This document shows, piece after piece, positions 9,009 to 18,119 of a stretch of DNA of 35,056 bases (positions within the stretch are counted from its first letter, which is position 1; each line of letters begins with the position of its first letter). This stretch comes from a virus (taxonomy: Duplodnaviria; Heunggongvirae; Uroviricota; Caudoviricetes), in IMG/VR virus record IMGVR_UViG_2778261316_000004. One strand, written 5' to 3'. Below the pieces are notes generated by a model, which searched no databases, was not told where the DNA came from, and saw only the letters and a list, made by a program, of their open reading frames with translations. A program made the translations under genes and the position numbers.

Positions 9009-9090
9009 CGCGCGCTTGCTCTTGAAATGAGAAAGTTAATTGGTTAACTTTTTAAGCAGGGTCAACGCACTGTTGAGCAAAGGAGTGAGT

Positions 9091-9738
9091 ATGATTAGTA
9101 CAGGACATATTGTCGCTGTTGGCGCGGTTGATGCAGGCGAAGTAAAATTACTGGGTACCGGTTTTGTCATCTCTAATGACAAGATAATTACATCTCGGCA
9201 TGTAATTCGTGGTTTTGCTTTTAATATAATAATTTCTCCTTCGGAGATTAATGATTTTAATCTTTATCAAGATACTACAATCAACAGAATTCAGTATTAT
9301 TCTGTTGAGGTAATTGATGAGGATCCAATCAGAGATCTTTGTGTTTTGAAATTTAAGGCAGGATCGTTTTCTGGGCCCAATCTTATCCTCTCAAGCTTAG
9401 ATAAAATATCTATTGGTGAGGAAGTTGGTGTTTTGGGTTACCCTCATTGTAATGAGGGTAGAAAAGTACTTACATTCCAAACAGCAAGAGTCGGTGCTAA
9501 GGTTTTACTTTCGAGTAATAATGTAAAGTCTAAACATGCAGTTATAAATTTGCAATCAAGACCAGGTCAATCAGGTTCAGTTCTTTTTAATTTAAAAAAT
9601 AATGAGGTTGTCGGGGTGTTAGTTGGTGCTTATACAAATAATGCAGCGGGCTCTGTATTTATTGGAGGAATTAATCCTGCAGCTTTGCATCAAACTACTT
9701 ATGCGATTTCAGCTGAATATATTAAGGATATGTTATGA
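9091..9738 (+). CDS. Trypsin-fold (chymotrypsin-like, PA clan) serine protease, 215 aa
   Basis: ORF track 9040..9738; ATG at 9091 after AGGAG. Predicted triad in His-Asp-Ser order: H37 (TSRHV), D82 (RDLCVLKF), S161 (GQSGS). AT-rich relative to flanks. Confidence 0.8.
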   Translation: MISTGHIVAVGAVDAGEVKLLGTGFVISNDKIITSRHVIRGFAFNIIISPSEINDFNLYQDTTINRIQYYSVEVIDEDPIRDLCVLKFKAGSFSGPNLILSSLDKISIGEEVGVLGYPHCNEGRKVLTFQTARVGAKVLLSSNNVKSKHAVINLQSRPGQSGSVLFNLKNNEVVGVLVGAYTNNAAGSVFIGGINPAALHQTTYAISAEYIKDML

Positions 9739-10181
9739 TCTCTATACCAAATGAAGATGCTGAAGCTTGGCTATCTACCTTAAAAAAATATCAATCATCA
9801 ACTATTAAATCCTTTCTCGAGCAAGGTACGGAAGAGCAAGCTCTTGAATCATGGTTAACAGCTTCAGGCCCAAGTTTAACATCTCCATTTGGAGGGGATG
9901 CTTCCAGCATGCCGGGTAAAAAGGCATTTGTTGATCAGTTTAAGCAAGAGTTTAGAGCTTTTGTTTGTGGAAGCGATAAATATGTCAAAGAGAGGAATGG
10001 ATTGGGTGAGCTTGGCGGGGATATTAAAACCTATCTTGTCAGTGTTATTTCAAGTTCAATTGCTACCTCTTTAGGTACTACTACAGTATTTATTGCTCCC
10101 GCTGTTGTAATCATGCTTATTACGATCTCAAAAATGGGTCTTAATGCGTGGTGTTCATTAGAAACCGTAAAAGACTCTTAA
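9735..10181 (+). CDS. Small partner protein (148 aa) with C-terminal hydrophobic, likely membrane-spanning, segment
   Basis: ATG at 9735 overlaps the protease stop (ATGA); hydrophobic stretch YLVSVISSSIATSLGTTTVFIAPAVVIMLITI. Confidence 0.7.
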   Translation: MISIPNEDAEAWLSTLKKYQSSTIKSFLEQGTEEQALESWLTASGPSLTSPFGGDASSMPGKKAFVDQFKQEFRAFVCGSDKYVKERNGLGELGGDIKTYLVSVISSSIATSLGTTTVFIAPAVVIMLITISKMGLNAWCSLETVKDS

Positions 10182-10186
10182 AAAAA

Positions 10187-10212
10187 CCGCCCATAAGGGC
10201 GGTATATTTTTT
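10187..10212. terminator. Bidirectional intrinsic terminator (CCGCCC-ATAA-GGGCGG, A run before, T run after) between the cargo operon and Q
   Basis: Read directly at 10187..10202 followed by TATATTTTTT; A6 on the other side. Confidence 0.6.
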
Positions 10213-11236
10213 ATAAATTATAAAGTTCAAATTGAATAACCTCCTCTCCTAACCATTTGTTTACTTCCTTCATTCTTTCCTGTAGTGGGATTAGCTCGTT
10301 ACGCACAAATACCTTGCTGGCTTTTTCTATGTCACCGAATCCTCCTGTGTTCTGAGGAATGATGCCCATTAATTGTGGCGGAACACGATGAACTGCCAGC
10401 ATGTCATCACGAGATACGTTTTTTATATTCAGGAACTCATCCTTTGCCGCTACTTCTGACAGAGGGATGATCTGGATGCCATCCTTTTTGCCGTTAGGTG
10501 AGTACATAAACAGGTTGCGGAAGTTGCCCGGGCCCTTGGCGCTTTTCATGGCATGGCGGATGTTGTTCACGTCTTCCTGGTTCTGTGCGGCGTCGGTCAT
10601 GTACATGATGAACCCTGCATGGCTGCCGTTGATGTAATACTTGCGGCGGAACAGTGTGGCGGACTCGTTCAGTAGGGCGGAAGGGATGGCTGACAAGTAC
10701 TCCGGCAGGCCGTAAATCTCCTGGCTTAAGTCCGGCTCCATCAGGTGAAAAATGCTGCCTTTGGTGAACTCGTAGGGCTGAGTGCTCATACCGTATTGCA
10801 CAAACCAGTAGGTATCAAGATCCAGGCCACGGCGGGTATATTTCGCCAGCGATGGCTCCAGCGACAGAGTGCCCCCGAGGCGGTTAGTGCGCTTTTCCAG
10901 ATAGGCATTACCGAATACCAGATAGTCCTGCACAAAGCGGCTGAATGCCTGCTGGCTCAATAGCGGATGCGGAATAAACGTGCTTGTCAGGATGTTGCGC
11001 TTAACGGCAATCGGTGAGCTGTGATGTACGGCTGCACGGTGGGTACGCGCCAGCCCGTCAAAACTCACCGGCGGTTCAAACCAACGCTCCATCTGTACGC
11101 ATTCCACATAGTCCAGCAGTTCACGGCGGTCCAGAACAGGAACGGGATCACCAAAGCTGAATGCTTCGGCTGAAGTTTGGCTTTTATGCTTGAGCTGATT
11201 CGTCGCCGCAGCGCGGTTTTTCTTACTCTTTCCCAT
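10211..11236 (-). CDS. Q: Portal (capsid portal) protein, P2 gpQ type
   Basis: ORF track 10211..11239 (TTG start); ATG at 11234..11236 overlapping the P stop; 341 aa. Confidence 0.9.
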   Translation of the reverse strand: MGKSKKNRAAATNQLKHKSQTSAEAFSFGDPVPVLDRRELLDYVECVQMERWFEPPVSFDGLARTHRAAVHHSSPIAVKRNILTSTFIPHPLLSQQAFSRFVQDYLVFGNAYLEKRTNRLGGTLSLEPSLAKYTRRGLDLDTYWFVQYGMSTQPYEFTKGSIFHLMEPDLSQEIYGLPEYLSAIPSALLNESATLFRRKYYINGSHAGFIMYMTDAAQNQEDVNNIRHAMKSAKGPGNFRNLFMYSPNGKKDGIQIIPLSEVAAKDEFLNIKNVSRDDMLAVHRVPPQLMGIIPQNTGGFGDIEKASKVFVRNELIPLQERMKEVNKWLGEEVIQFELYNL

Positions 11237-13002
11237 CAAAAAATCTCCACAATATTGCTGGTATTGGCGGACTCGCCCTGCAGCGGTTCGTTAAACAGTG
11301 CGTGCATTGTTGCCCAGGCCAGATCGGCGTGGCTGGCTTCTTCGCTGCGGCTGGCTTCATAGGTCGGGCGGTTGCCACTGGCGGTGGTGGCGCGACGGAT
11401 TGCCATAAAGGACTGCGCTATGTCGGTGTGTCCGGCGTCAAACTCCAGACGGCGGTGGCTGATAATGTCGTAGGCCTTGAGTACCAGGGCGTTTTTAACG
11501 TTGGGGTTGTAGACAAACTCCCGGACGGCAGGAAAAAACGCTTTCACGTTCTCGTAAACCCCGTGACCAACGCCGGTTGAGTCGATACCGATATAGGTCA
11601 CGTTGTACTGTTCGGTCAGTTTTTTGATGGCGTCAGCCTGGGCGCGGAAGTCCATCCCGCGCCACTGGTGACGCTCAAGAATGCGGAACTTACCACCCGG
11701 CACGGCTGGCGGTGCCACCACCACGCATCCGGCGCTGTCGCCGTTTTGCGTGCCTTTTGCCGGGTCATAACCGATCCACACTTCGCGCCAGCCAAACGGG
11801 CGCAGCGCCAGTGCATGAAAGTCGGTCCAGACTTCCCAACTGTCCACCATGCACGCCTGCAGCTCGCTGAGCGGAAACACGGACGCGAGATCGTCCACAA
11901 ACTCGCACATCAGCAGGTTCTGGTATTCGTCCGGGCTGTACTCCATGCGTAGCTGGTCGAGGTCGAACAGGTTACAGCCGCCGCGCACCGCATCTTCCAC
12001 GGTGACTATCTGGCGGTATTGCCCGTCTGCGCACAGCAGGCCGGGGGCCAGATTGCTGTGGGACAGGTCGATGTCCACCTTATCGGCTTTGTTGCGCCCA
12101 CGGTTGAACAGCGCACCGGACCAGAACGGATAAGCACTGTGTGTCAGACTGGATGGCGTGGAAAAATAGGTCTGTCGCCATTTTTTGTGAATAGCCATAC
12201 CGGAAGCCACTTTGCGCAGCTCCTGGAATTTCGGTATCCAGAAATATTCATCCAGATACAGGTTGCCGTGGTAACTCTGGGCCGTGCGGGCATTGGTGCC
12301 GAGGAAGTAAAGCGTGGCCCCGTTGGGAAGCACCATCGGATCGCCTTTCAGTTCCACATCCACTTCTTTGGCGAAGTCGATGATGTACTGCTTAAAGACG
12401 TGGGCCTGTGCCTTGCTGGCGGAAAGGAAAATCTGGTTACGTCCGGTAAGCAGGGCGTCAATCAGGGCTTCACGGGCAAAGTAAAAGGTCGCGCCGATCT
12501 GGCGTGACTTCAGCAGGTTGCGGATGCGGTTGGTTTTTCCGGCTTCCCACCAGTGGCGCTGGTAGTTGAACATGGAGGAATGGAAGATTTCTTCCAGCTT
12601 CTCAATCTGTTCATCGGTGAAGACATTCTTTTCCGGCTGACGGCGCGGGCCTTTGTTGCGGTTGGCGACGTTAGGGTTTAAGTCGGCTTCGTTGCCGCCA
12701 TTGTTAAACTTGCCGATCCGCGCGTGGCGCTCAGACTGGCGCGCCAGCAGGTCAATCTCTTTGAAATCTTTCCCTTCTTTGTGCTCCTTCATGATGAGCT
12801 GGCAGTAGCGTGCGGCGGTGGTGAGCTGCATCTGATCCAGCGGCCCATATTCACTCCACTTGTCGCGTTTTTTCCAGCTGTGAACGGTTGCAACTTTCTC
12901 GCCCAGCATTTCAGCAATGCGGGCTACGCGGTATCCCTGAAAGTACAGCAGCATGGCCTGCCGACGGGGATCGAGATCTGCGGGTGTCAGTGTGGTGTTC
13001 AT
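11236..13002 (-). CDS. P: Terminase large (ATPase) subunit, P2 gpP type
   Basis: 588 aa ORF; conserved Q-P leftward pair opposite the O-N-M-L operon. Confidence 0.9.
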   Translation of the reverse strand: MNTTLTPADLDPRRQAMLLYFQGYRVARIAEMLGEKVATVHSWKKRDKWSEYGPLDQMQLTTAARYCQLIMKEHKEGKDFKEIDLLARQSERHARIGKFNNGGNEADLNPNVANRNKGPRRQPEKNVFTDEQIEKLEEIFHSSMFNYQRHWWEAGKTNRIRNLLKSRQIGATFYFAREALIDALLTGRNQIFLSASKAQAHVFKQYIIDFAKEVDVELKGDPMVLPNGATLYFLGTNARTAQSYHGNLYLDEYFWIPKFQELRKVASGMAIHKKWRQTYFSTPSSLTHSAYPFWSGALFNRGRNKADKVDIDLSHSNLAPGLLCADGQYRQIVTVEDAVRGGCNLFDLDQLRMEYSPDEYQNLLMCEFVDDLASVFPLSELQACMVDSWEVWTDFHALALRPFGWREVWIGYDPAKGTQNGDSAGCVVVAPPAVPGGKFRILERHQWRGMDFRAQADAIKKLTEQYNVTYIGIDSTGVGHGVYENVKAFFPAVREFVYNPNVKNALVLKAYDIISHRRLEFDAGHTDIAQSFMAIRRATTASGNRPTYEASRSEEASHADLAWATMHALFNEPLQGESANTSNIVEIF

Positions 13003-13048
13003 GACACAAACCTACAGCCTTGAATGAAGGCTTTCCCCGCCTGCGGTT

Positions 13049-13066
13049 TGTGTGGTTGTCGGTACA
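13049..13066. promoter_or_regulatory. Candidate Ogr-dependent late-promoter dyad TGT-N12-ACA in the P/O divergent region
   Basis: TGTGTGGTTGTCGGTACA read at 13049..13066; about 87 bp before the O start and 55 bp before the P start. Confidence 0.45.
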
Positions 13067-13144
13067 AATACCGCGCATTGTTTCACTGCCCCCATCACCG
13101 CAACCATAAGGCTCCAGTAAGTTTTTTTTAACGGAGCACGGCTC

Positions 13145-13978
13145 ATGACAGTGAAAGCAAAGCGTTTTCGCATCGGGGTGGAAGGTGCCACTACCGACGG
13201 ACGCGAAATCCAGCGTGAATGGCTGGAACAGATGGCAGCCAGCTACAACCCGGCGGTGTATACCGCGCTGATTAACCTTGAGCACATCAAGTCTTATCTG
13301 CCGGACAGCACCTTTAACCGTTACGGCAAGGTGACGGCGCTGTTTGCCGAAGAAATCACGGAAGGTCCGCTGGCAGGCAAGATGGCGCTGTATGCCGACG
13401 TTGAGCCAACGGAATCCCTGGTGGAGCTGGTGAAAAAAGGCCAGAAATTATTCACCTCTATGGAAGTCAGCCCGAAGTTCGCTGATACGGGCAAAGCCTA
13501 TCTGGTCGGCCTGGCTGCCACTGATGACCCTGCCAGTCTGGGCACTGAAATGCTGACATTCAGCGCCAGTGCAGCCTATAACCCGCTGGCAAACCGCAAG
13601 CAGAATCCCGCCAATCTCTTTACCGCCGCAGAGGAAACGGTGATCGAACTGGAAGAAATCCAGGATGACAAACCGTCCCTGTTTGCCCGTGTCACGGCGC
13701 TGTTTACCAAAAAAGAGCAGTCCGATGACGCCCGGTTCTCTGATGTGCATAAGGCCGTGGAGCTGGTCGCCACTGAGCAGCAGAACCTGAGCGCACGCAC
13801 CGAAAAATCCCTGTCTGAGCAGGAAGAGCGCCTGTCTGAACTGGAGACTGCTCTGCAGGAGCAGCAAACCGCCTTTAACGAACTGGTGAATAAGCTGAGT
13901 CATGAAGACAGCCGCCAGGACTACCGCCAGCGTGCAACAGGCGGTAACGCCCCCGCTGACACTCTGACCAATTGCTGA
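13145..13978 (+). CDS. O: Capsid scaffolding protein, P2 gpO type
   Basis: 277 aa ORF; position and size. Confidence 0.85.
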   Translation: MTVKAKRFRIGVEGATTDGREIQREWLEQMAASYNPAVYTALINLEHIKSYLPDSTFNRYGKVTALFAEEITEGPLAGKMALYADVEPTESLVELVKKGQKLFTSMEVSPKFADTGKAYLVGLAATDDPASLGTEMLTFSASAAYNPLANRKQNPANLFTAAEETVIELEEIQDDKPSLFARVTALFTKKEQSDDARFSDVHKAVELVATEQQNLSARTEKSLSEQEERLSELETALQEQQTAFNELVNKLSHEDSRQDYRQRATGGNAPADTLTNC

Positions 13979-13994
13979 TGGAGCACAAAACCTG

Positions 13995-15053
13995 ATGAAG
14001 AAGAATACCCGCTTTGCTTTTAACGCTTACCTGCAGCAGCTGGCGCGTCTGAACGGTGTGGCAGTTGAAGAACTGTCCAGCAAGTTCACCGTGGAGCCGT
14101 CTGTACAGCAGACGCTGGAAGACCAGATCCAGCAGTCCGCCTCTTTCCTGACGCTGATTAACGTCACGCCAGTGACTGAGCAGTCCGGTCAGCTGCTGGG
14201 GTTGGGTGTTGGTAGCACCATTGCCGGAACCACTGACACCACCGCGAAAGAGCGTGAACCTGTCGATCCTACGCTGATGGTCGATGCGGAATACAAATGC
14301 GAGCAGACCAACTTTGACACGGTACTGACCTACGCGAAGCTGGACCTGTGGGCGAAGTTTCAGGATTTCCAGGTGCGTATCCGTGACGCCATCGTGAAAC
14401 GTCAGGCACTGGACCGCATCATGATCGGCTTTAACGGCGTGAAGCGTGCGAAAACCTCCAACCGTAGCGAAAACCCGCTGCTGCAGGATGTGAACAAAGG
14501 CTGGTTACAGAAAATCCGTGAGGATGCACCGGATCACGTCATGGGCAGCACCACCACGGGCGGTGAAACCACACCGGGTGCGGTGAAAGTCGGTAAAGGT
14601 GGCGAATATGCCAACCTGGACGCCGTGGTGATGGATGCCGTCAATGAGCTTATCGACGTTGTCTACCAGGACGATGACGATCTGGTGGTGATTTGCGGGC
14701 GTGAACTGCTGTCTGACAAGTATTTCCCGCTGGTCAACAAAGAGCAGGAAAACAGTGAAAAACTGGCTGCCGATATGATCATCAGTCAGAAACGCATGGG
14801 TGGCCTGCAGGCGGTGCGTGCGCCGTTCTTCCCGCCGAATGCGCTGCTGATCACCCGTCTGGATAACCTGTCCATCTACTGGCAGGAAGATACCCGCCGC
14901 CGTTCAGTTATCGACAACCCGAAACGTGACCGGATTGAAAATTTTGAATCCGTTAACGAAGCCTATGTGGTTGAAGACTATCGCTGCGCTGCACTGGTGG
15001 AAAACATCCAGATTGGTGACTTCAGCGCCGCTGCAGCAGAAACCGGAGCGTAA
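13995..15053 (+). CDS. N: Major capsid protein, P2 gpN type
   Basis: 352 aa ORF; position and size. Confidence 0.9.
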   Translation: MKKNTRFAFNAYLQQLARLNGVAVEELSSKFTVEPSVQQTLEDQIQQSASFLTLINVTPVTEQSGQLLGLGVGSTIAGTTDTTAKEREPVDPTLMVDAEYKCEQTNFDTVLTYAKLDLWAKFQDFQVRIRDAIVKRQALDRIMIGFNGVKRAKTSNRSENPLLQDVNKGWLQKIREDAPDHVMGSTTTGGETTPGAVKVGKGGEYANLDAVVMDAVNELIDVVYQDDDDLVVICGRELLSDKYFPLVNKEQENSEKLAADMIISQKRMGGLQAVRAPFFPPNALLITRLDNLSIYWQEDTRRRSVIDNPKRDRIENFESVNEAYVVEDYRCAALVENIQIGDFSAAAAETGA

Positions 15054-15056
15054 TTC

Positions 15057-15707
15057 ATGAGCCTGAGTCCCGCACGGCAGCATCGCCTGCGCGTTCAGGC
15101 TGAACAGGCCGCTCGCGAGGGTGGCAGTGTTCGCCACGCGTCGGGCTATGACCTGATGCTGCTGCAACTGGCGGAAGACCGCCGCCGTCTCAAGGGCGTT
15201 CAGTCCACGGTGAAAAAAGCGGAAATAAAGGTAGAGCTGCTGCCGAAATATGCAGCCTGGGCGGAGGGCGTCCTGGCTGCCGGAGGCGCTCAACAGGATG
15301 ACGTGCTGATGTACGTGATGCTGTGGCGCATTGATGCCGGAGATTATGCCGGGGCGCTGGAGATTGGGCGTCATGCCCTGCGTCATGGCTGGGTGATGCC
15401 GCTGGGTAACCGCAACGTGCAGACCGTGCTGGCAGAGGAAATGGCAGATGCAGCGCAGAGCGCAATGCTTGCCGCCACCGGCTTTGATGCCGATCTGTTG
15501 CTGCAGACGCTGGAGCTGACAGACGGTCTGGATATGCCGGACCAGTCACGGGCGCGTCTGCATAAAGCGATTGGCGCTGTCCTGAGTGAAAGCAATCCGG
15601 CTTCCGCCCTTAATCATCTCAACCATGCGTTACAGCTCGATCCCCGCTGTGGCGTGAAAAAAGATAAACAGCAGCTGGAGCGCAGACTGCGCAATGACAG
15701 CCGCTGA
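15057..15707 (+). CDS. M: Terminase small/endonuclease subunit, P2 gpM type
   Basis: 216 aa ORF; position in the O-N-M-L order. Confidence 0.85.
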   Translation: MSLSPARQHRLRVQAEQAAREGGSVRHASGYDLMLLQLAEDRRRLKGVQSTVKKAEIKVELLPKYAAWAEGVLAAGGAQQDDVLMYVMLWRIDAGDYAGALEIGRHALRHGWVMPLGNRNVQTVLAEEMADAAQSAMLAATGFDADLLLQTLELTDGLDMPDQSRARLHKAIGAVLSESNPASALNHLNHALQLDPRCGVKKDKQQLERRLRNDSR

Positions 15708-15802
15708 CAGAACGTGCCCCCGCGCACGGGCGGCACGGGGTGGCGAAAGGCACTGCCACATCAAAACCCCGTCCACCGCCCTCTATTTCAGGAGAAAGCA
15801 GC

Positions 15803-16267
15803 ATGAAGTTTGTTGCGCCAGAACAGGCACCGGAACAGGCGGAAATCATCAGAAACACGCCGTTCTGGCCTGATGTGGACCTGTCGGAGTTTCGCAGTGT
15901 CATGCGCACTGACGGCACGGTGACGCAGCCGCGTTTAAAGCAGGTTGCGCTGTCGGCAATTTCGGAGGTCAACGCAGAGCTGTATGAGTTTCGCAGACGC
16001 CAGCAGATGCTGGGATATTCCTCGCTGGCAGAGGTTCCGGCGGAGCAGCTGGACGGCAAAAGTGAGCGCATTCAGCACTATTTCAACGCGGTTTACTGCT
16101 GGGCACGCGCCATGCTCAACGAACGATACCAGGACTATGACGCCACGGCATCCGGTGTGAAGCGGGGCGAGGAACTGGCGGAAGCAAGCGGTGATTTGTG
16201 GCGTGACGCCCGCTGGGCCATCAGCCGGGTGCAGGATGCGCCGCACTGCACAGTGGAGCTTATCTGA
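15803..16267 (+). CDS. L: Head completion/stabilisation protein, P2 gpL type
   Basis: ORF track 15740..16267; ATG at 15803 after AGGAGA (MKFVAPEQ...), 154 aa. Confidence 0.8.
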   Translation: MKFVAPEQAPEQAEIIRNTPFWPDVDLSEFRSVMRTDGTVTQPRLKQVALSAISEVNAELYEFRRRQQMLGYSSLAEVPAEQLDGKSERIQHYFNAVYCWARAMLNERYQDYDATASGVKRGEELAEASGDLWRDARWAISRVQDAPHCTVELI

Positions 16268-16470
16268 TGAAAGTGCGTGCGCATCAGTATGACACGGTGG
16301 ACGCGCTTTGCTGGCGTCATTACGGGCGCACGCAGGGTGTCACGGAGCAGGTACTGAAGGCAAATCCGGGGCTTGCCGAATACGGCCCCTTTTTACCTCA
16401 CGGGCTGCAGGTGGAGCTGCCGGACATTCCGACCACCACCACCGTGCAGACCGTCCAGCTATGGGACTGA
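16267..16470 (+). CDS. X: Tail protein X (P2 gpX type), 67 aa
   Basis: ATG overlaps the L stop; size and position match gpX. Confidence 0.8.
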   Translation: MKVRAHQYDTVDALCWRHYGRTQGVTEQVLKANPGLAEYGPFLPHGLQVELPDIPTTTTVQTVQLWD

Positions 16471-16473
16471 ATT

Positions 16474-16689
16474 ATGACGCTTGAGCGAATCAGCGCCTTT
16501 ATCACGTATTGCATCGCCGTCGTGCTGGCCTGGCTGGGCGATTTGTCCATCAAGGATGCCTCAACGCTGGGCGGCCTGATGATTGGTGTGCTGATGCTGG
16601 CTATCAACTGGTACTACAAACACAAAGCCTACCAGCTTCTGCGCGACGGGCAGATCTCGCGGGAGGACTATGAATCCATCAATCGTTAA
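16474..16689 (+). CDS. Holin (small membrane protein, gpY position)
   Basis: 71 aa with two hydrophobic segments and charged C-terminus; immediately before the endolysin. Confidence 0.7.
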   Translation: MTLERISAFITYCIAVVLAWLGDLSIKDASTLGGLMIGVLMLAINWYYKHKAYQLLRDGQISREDYESINR

Positions 16690-17182
16690 ACGCTGCCTTG
16701 TCGGGGCCGTGCTGGCTATTGCTGCCACGCTGCCGGGTTTTCAGCAGGTTCACACCTCCGTGGAAGGGCTGAAACTGATTGCCGATTACGAAGGCTGTCG
16801 TCTGCAGCCGTATCAGTGCAGCGCGGGTGTCTGGACCGACGGCATTGGTAATACGTCGGGCGTCATTCCCGGCAAAACCATTACGGAACGACAGGCAGCA
16901 GAAGGGCTTATCTCCAACGTGCTGCGTGTGGAGCGGGCGCTGGAAAGATGTGTGAAGCAACAGCCGCCACAAAAGGTGTATGACGCGGTGGTGTCGTTTG
17001 CCTTCAACGTGGGGACAGGCAATGCCTGCAGCTCCACGCTGGTGAAATTGCTCAATCAGCGGCGCTGGGCGGATGCGTGCCGACAGTTGCCGCGCTGGGT
17101 TTATGTGAAAGGTGTGTTTAATCAGGGGCTGGATAACCGCCGTGCGCGGGAGATGGCCTGGTGTTTACAGGGAGCAAACTGA
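16670..17182 (+). CDS. Endolysin, lysozyme-like muramidase with N-terminal hydrophobic (possible signal-anchor-release) segment
   Basis: T4-lysozyme-like catalytic region (VEGLKL...DYEG...VWTDGIGNT); N-terminal RCLVGAVLAIAATLPGF. Confidence 0.8.
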   Translation: MNPSIVKRCLVGAVLAIAATLPGFQQVHTSVEGLKLIADYEGCRLQPYQCSAGVWTDGIGNTSGVIPGKTITERQAAEGLISNVLRVERALERCVKQQPPQKVYDAVVSFAFNVGTGNACSSTLVKLLNQRRWADACRQLPRWVYVKGVFNQGLDNRRAREMAWCLQGAN

Positions 17183-17183
17183 G

Positions 17184-17561
17184 ATGAAAAAGAAAGTAAT
17201 TAGCGGGCTGTTTCTGATGTTATGGATGGGGCTGTTAATCGAAGCAATGGTGTATCCGCAGGGGATTTTTCCGGTACTGGTAGCGTCCGGTGTCTGGGTA
17301 GCCTGTCTGCTGACATGGGCGGTAATTCCGGTAGCACTGGCTGCGTTAATTAAGAATGGCCCGCTCTGGCAGGAGTTGAGGGCATCTTTGCTGAAGACAA
17401 TTACCCGAAAAGAAAACGTATTTATCAGCTGGGTGATGCGATTGCTGATTGTCGTCAGTCTCGCCTGGACGGGGTGGGCTATTACCCTGGTCTTTTATCT
17501 GCTGACCGTTATTGCCTTCTGGATGACCCGTAATCAGATTGCGCAACAGGTATCAGCATGA
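17184..17561 (+). CDS. LysA-like lysis-regulating membrane protein
   Basis: ORF track 17112..17561; ATG at 17184 (MKKKVISGLF...); multiple hydrophobic helices. Confidence 0.6.
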   Translation: MKKKVISGLFLMLWMGLLIEAMVYPQGIFPVLVASGVWVACLLTWAVIPVALAALIKNGPLWQELRASLLKTITRKENVFISWVMRLLIVVSLAWTGWAITLVFYLLTVIAFWMTRNQIAQQVSA

Positions 17562-17986
17562 ACCGGTTGCTGCTGGTTGTGCTGGCGTTATTACTGGCGG
17601 CGCTGGGCTGGCAGACGTGGCGGCTGGCTGATGCCAGCCAGACCATCAGCACGCAGGCAGACGAGCTGCAGAGCAAAAGCCAGGCACTGGCAAAGAGCAA
17701 CAGCCAGCTTATCAGCCTGTCCATTCTGACTGAAACCAATAACCGGGAGCAGGCGCGGCTCTATGCCGAAGCAGAACAGACCAGCGCGCTGCTGAGACAA
17801 CGACAACACCGGATCGGGGAACTGAAACGTGAGAACGAGGATTTACGCCGCTGGGCTGATACTCCTTTGCCTGCTGACATTATACGGCTGCGGGAACGTC
17901 CGGCACTCACCGGAGGTACGGCTTACCGTCAGTGGTTGTCCGCGAGTGACGCCGTGTCGGCTGGATCAGGCAACACCGCGCACTAA
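17558..17986 (+). CDS. LysB-like (Rz-type) inner-membrane spanin
   Basis: N-terminal TM segment then coiled-coil-like region; ATGA overlap with LysA. Confidence 0.65.
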   Translation: MNRLLLVVLALLLAALGWQTWRLADASQTISTQADELQSKSQALAKSNSQLISLSILTETNNREQARLYAEAEQTSALLRQRQHRIGELKRENEDLRRWADTPLPADIIRLRERPALTGGTAYRQWLSASDAVSAGSGNTAH

Positions 17987-18119
17987 CGGTGATCTGAACG
18001 CGTTGCTGGATGAAACGGAGGCCGCCTGGGCGGTCTGTGCAGACAAAGTGGACATGATTATTGCGTGTCAGGAGCGAAACAGTGAACAAACCACAATCCC
18101 TGCGCCACGCCCTCAATAA
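17829..18119 (+). CDS. LysC-like (Rz1-type) outer-membrane lipoprotein spanin, embedded in another frame within lysB and the R start
   Basis: GTG at 17829; signal peptide ending in lipobox-like LYGC; 96 aa. Confidence 0.5.
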   Translation: MRTRIYAAGLILLCLLTLYGCGNVRHSPEVRLTVSGCPRVTPCRLDQATPRTNGDLNALLDETEAAWAVCADKVDMIIACQERNSEQTTIPAPRPQ

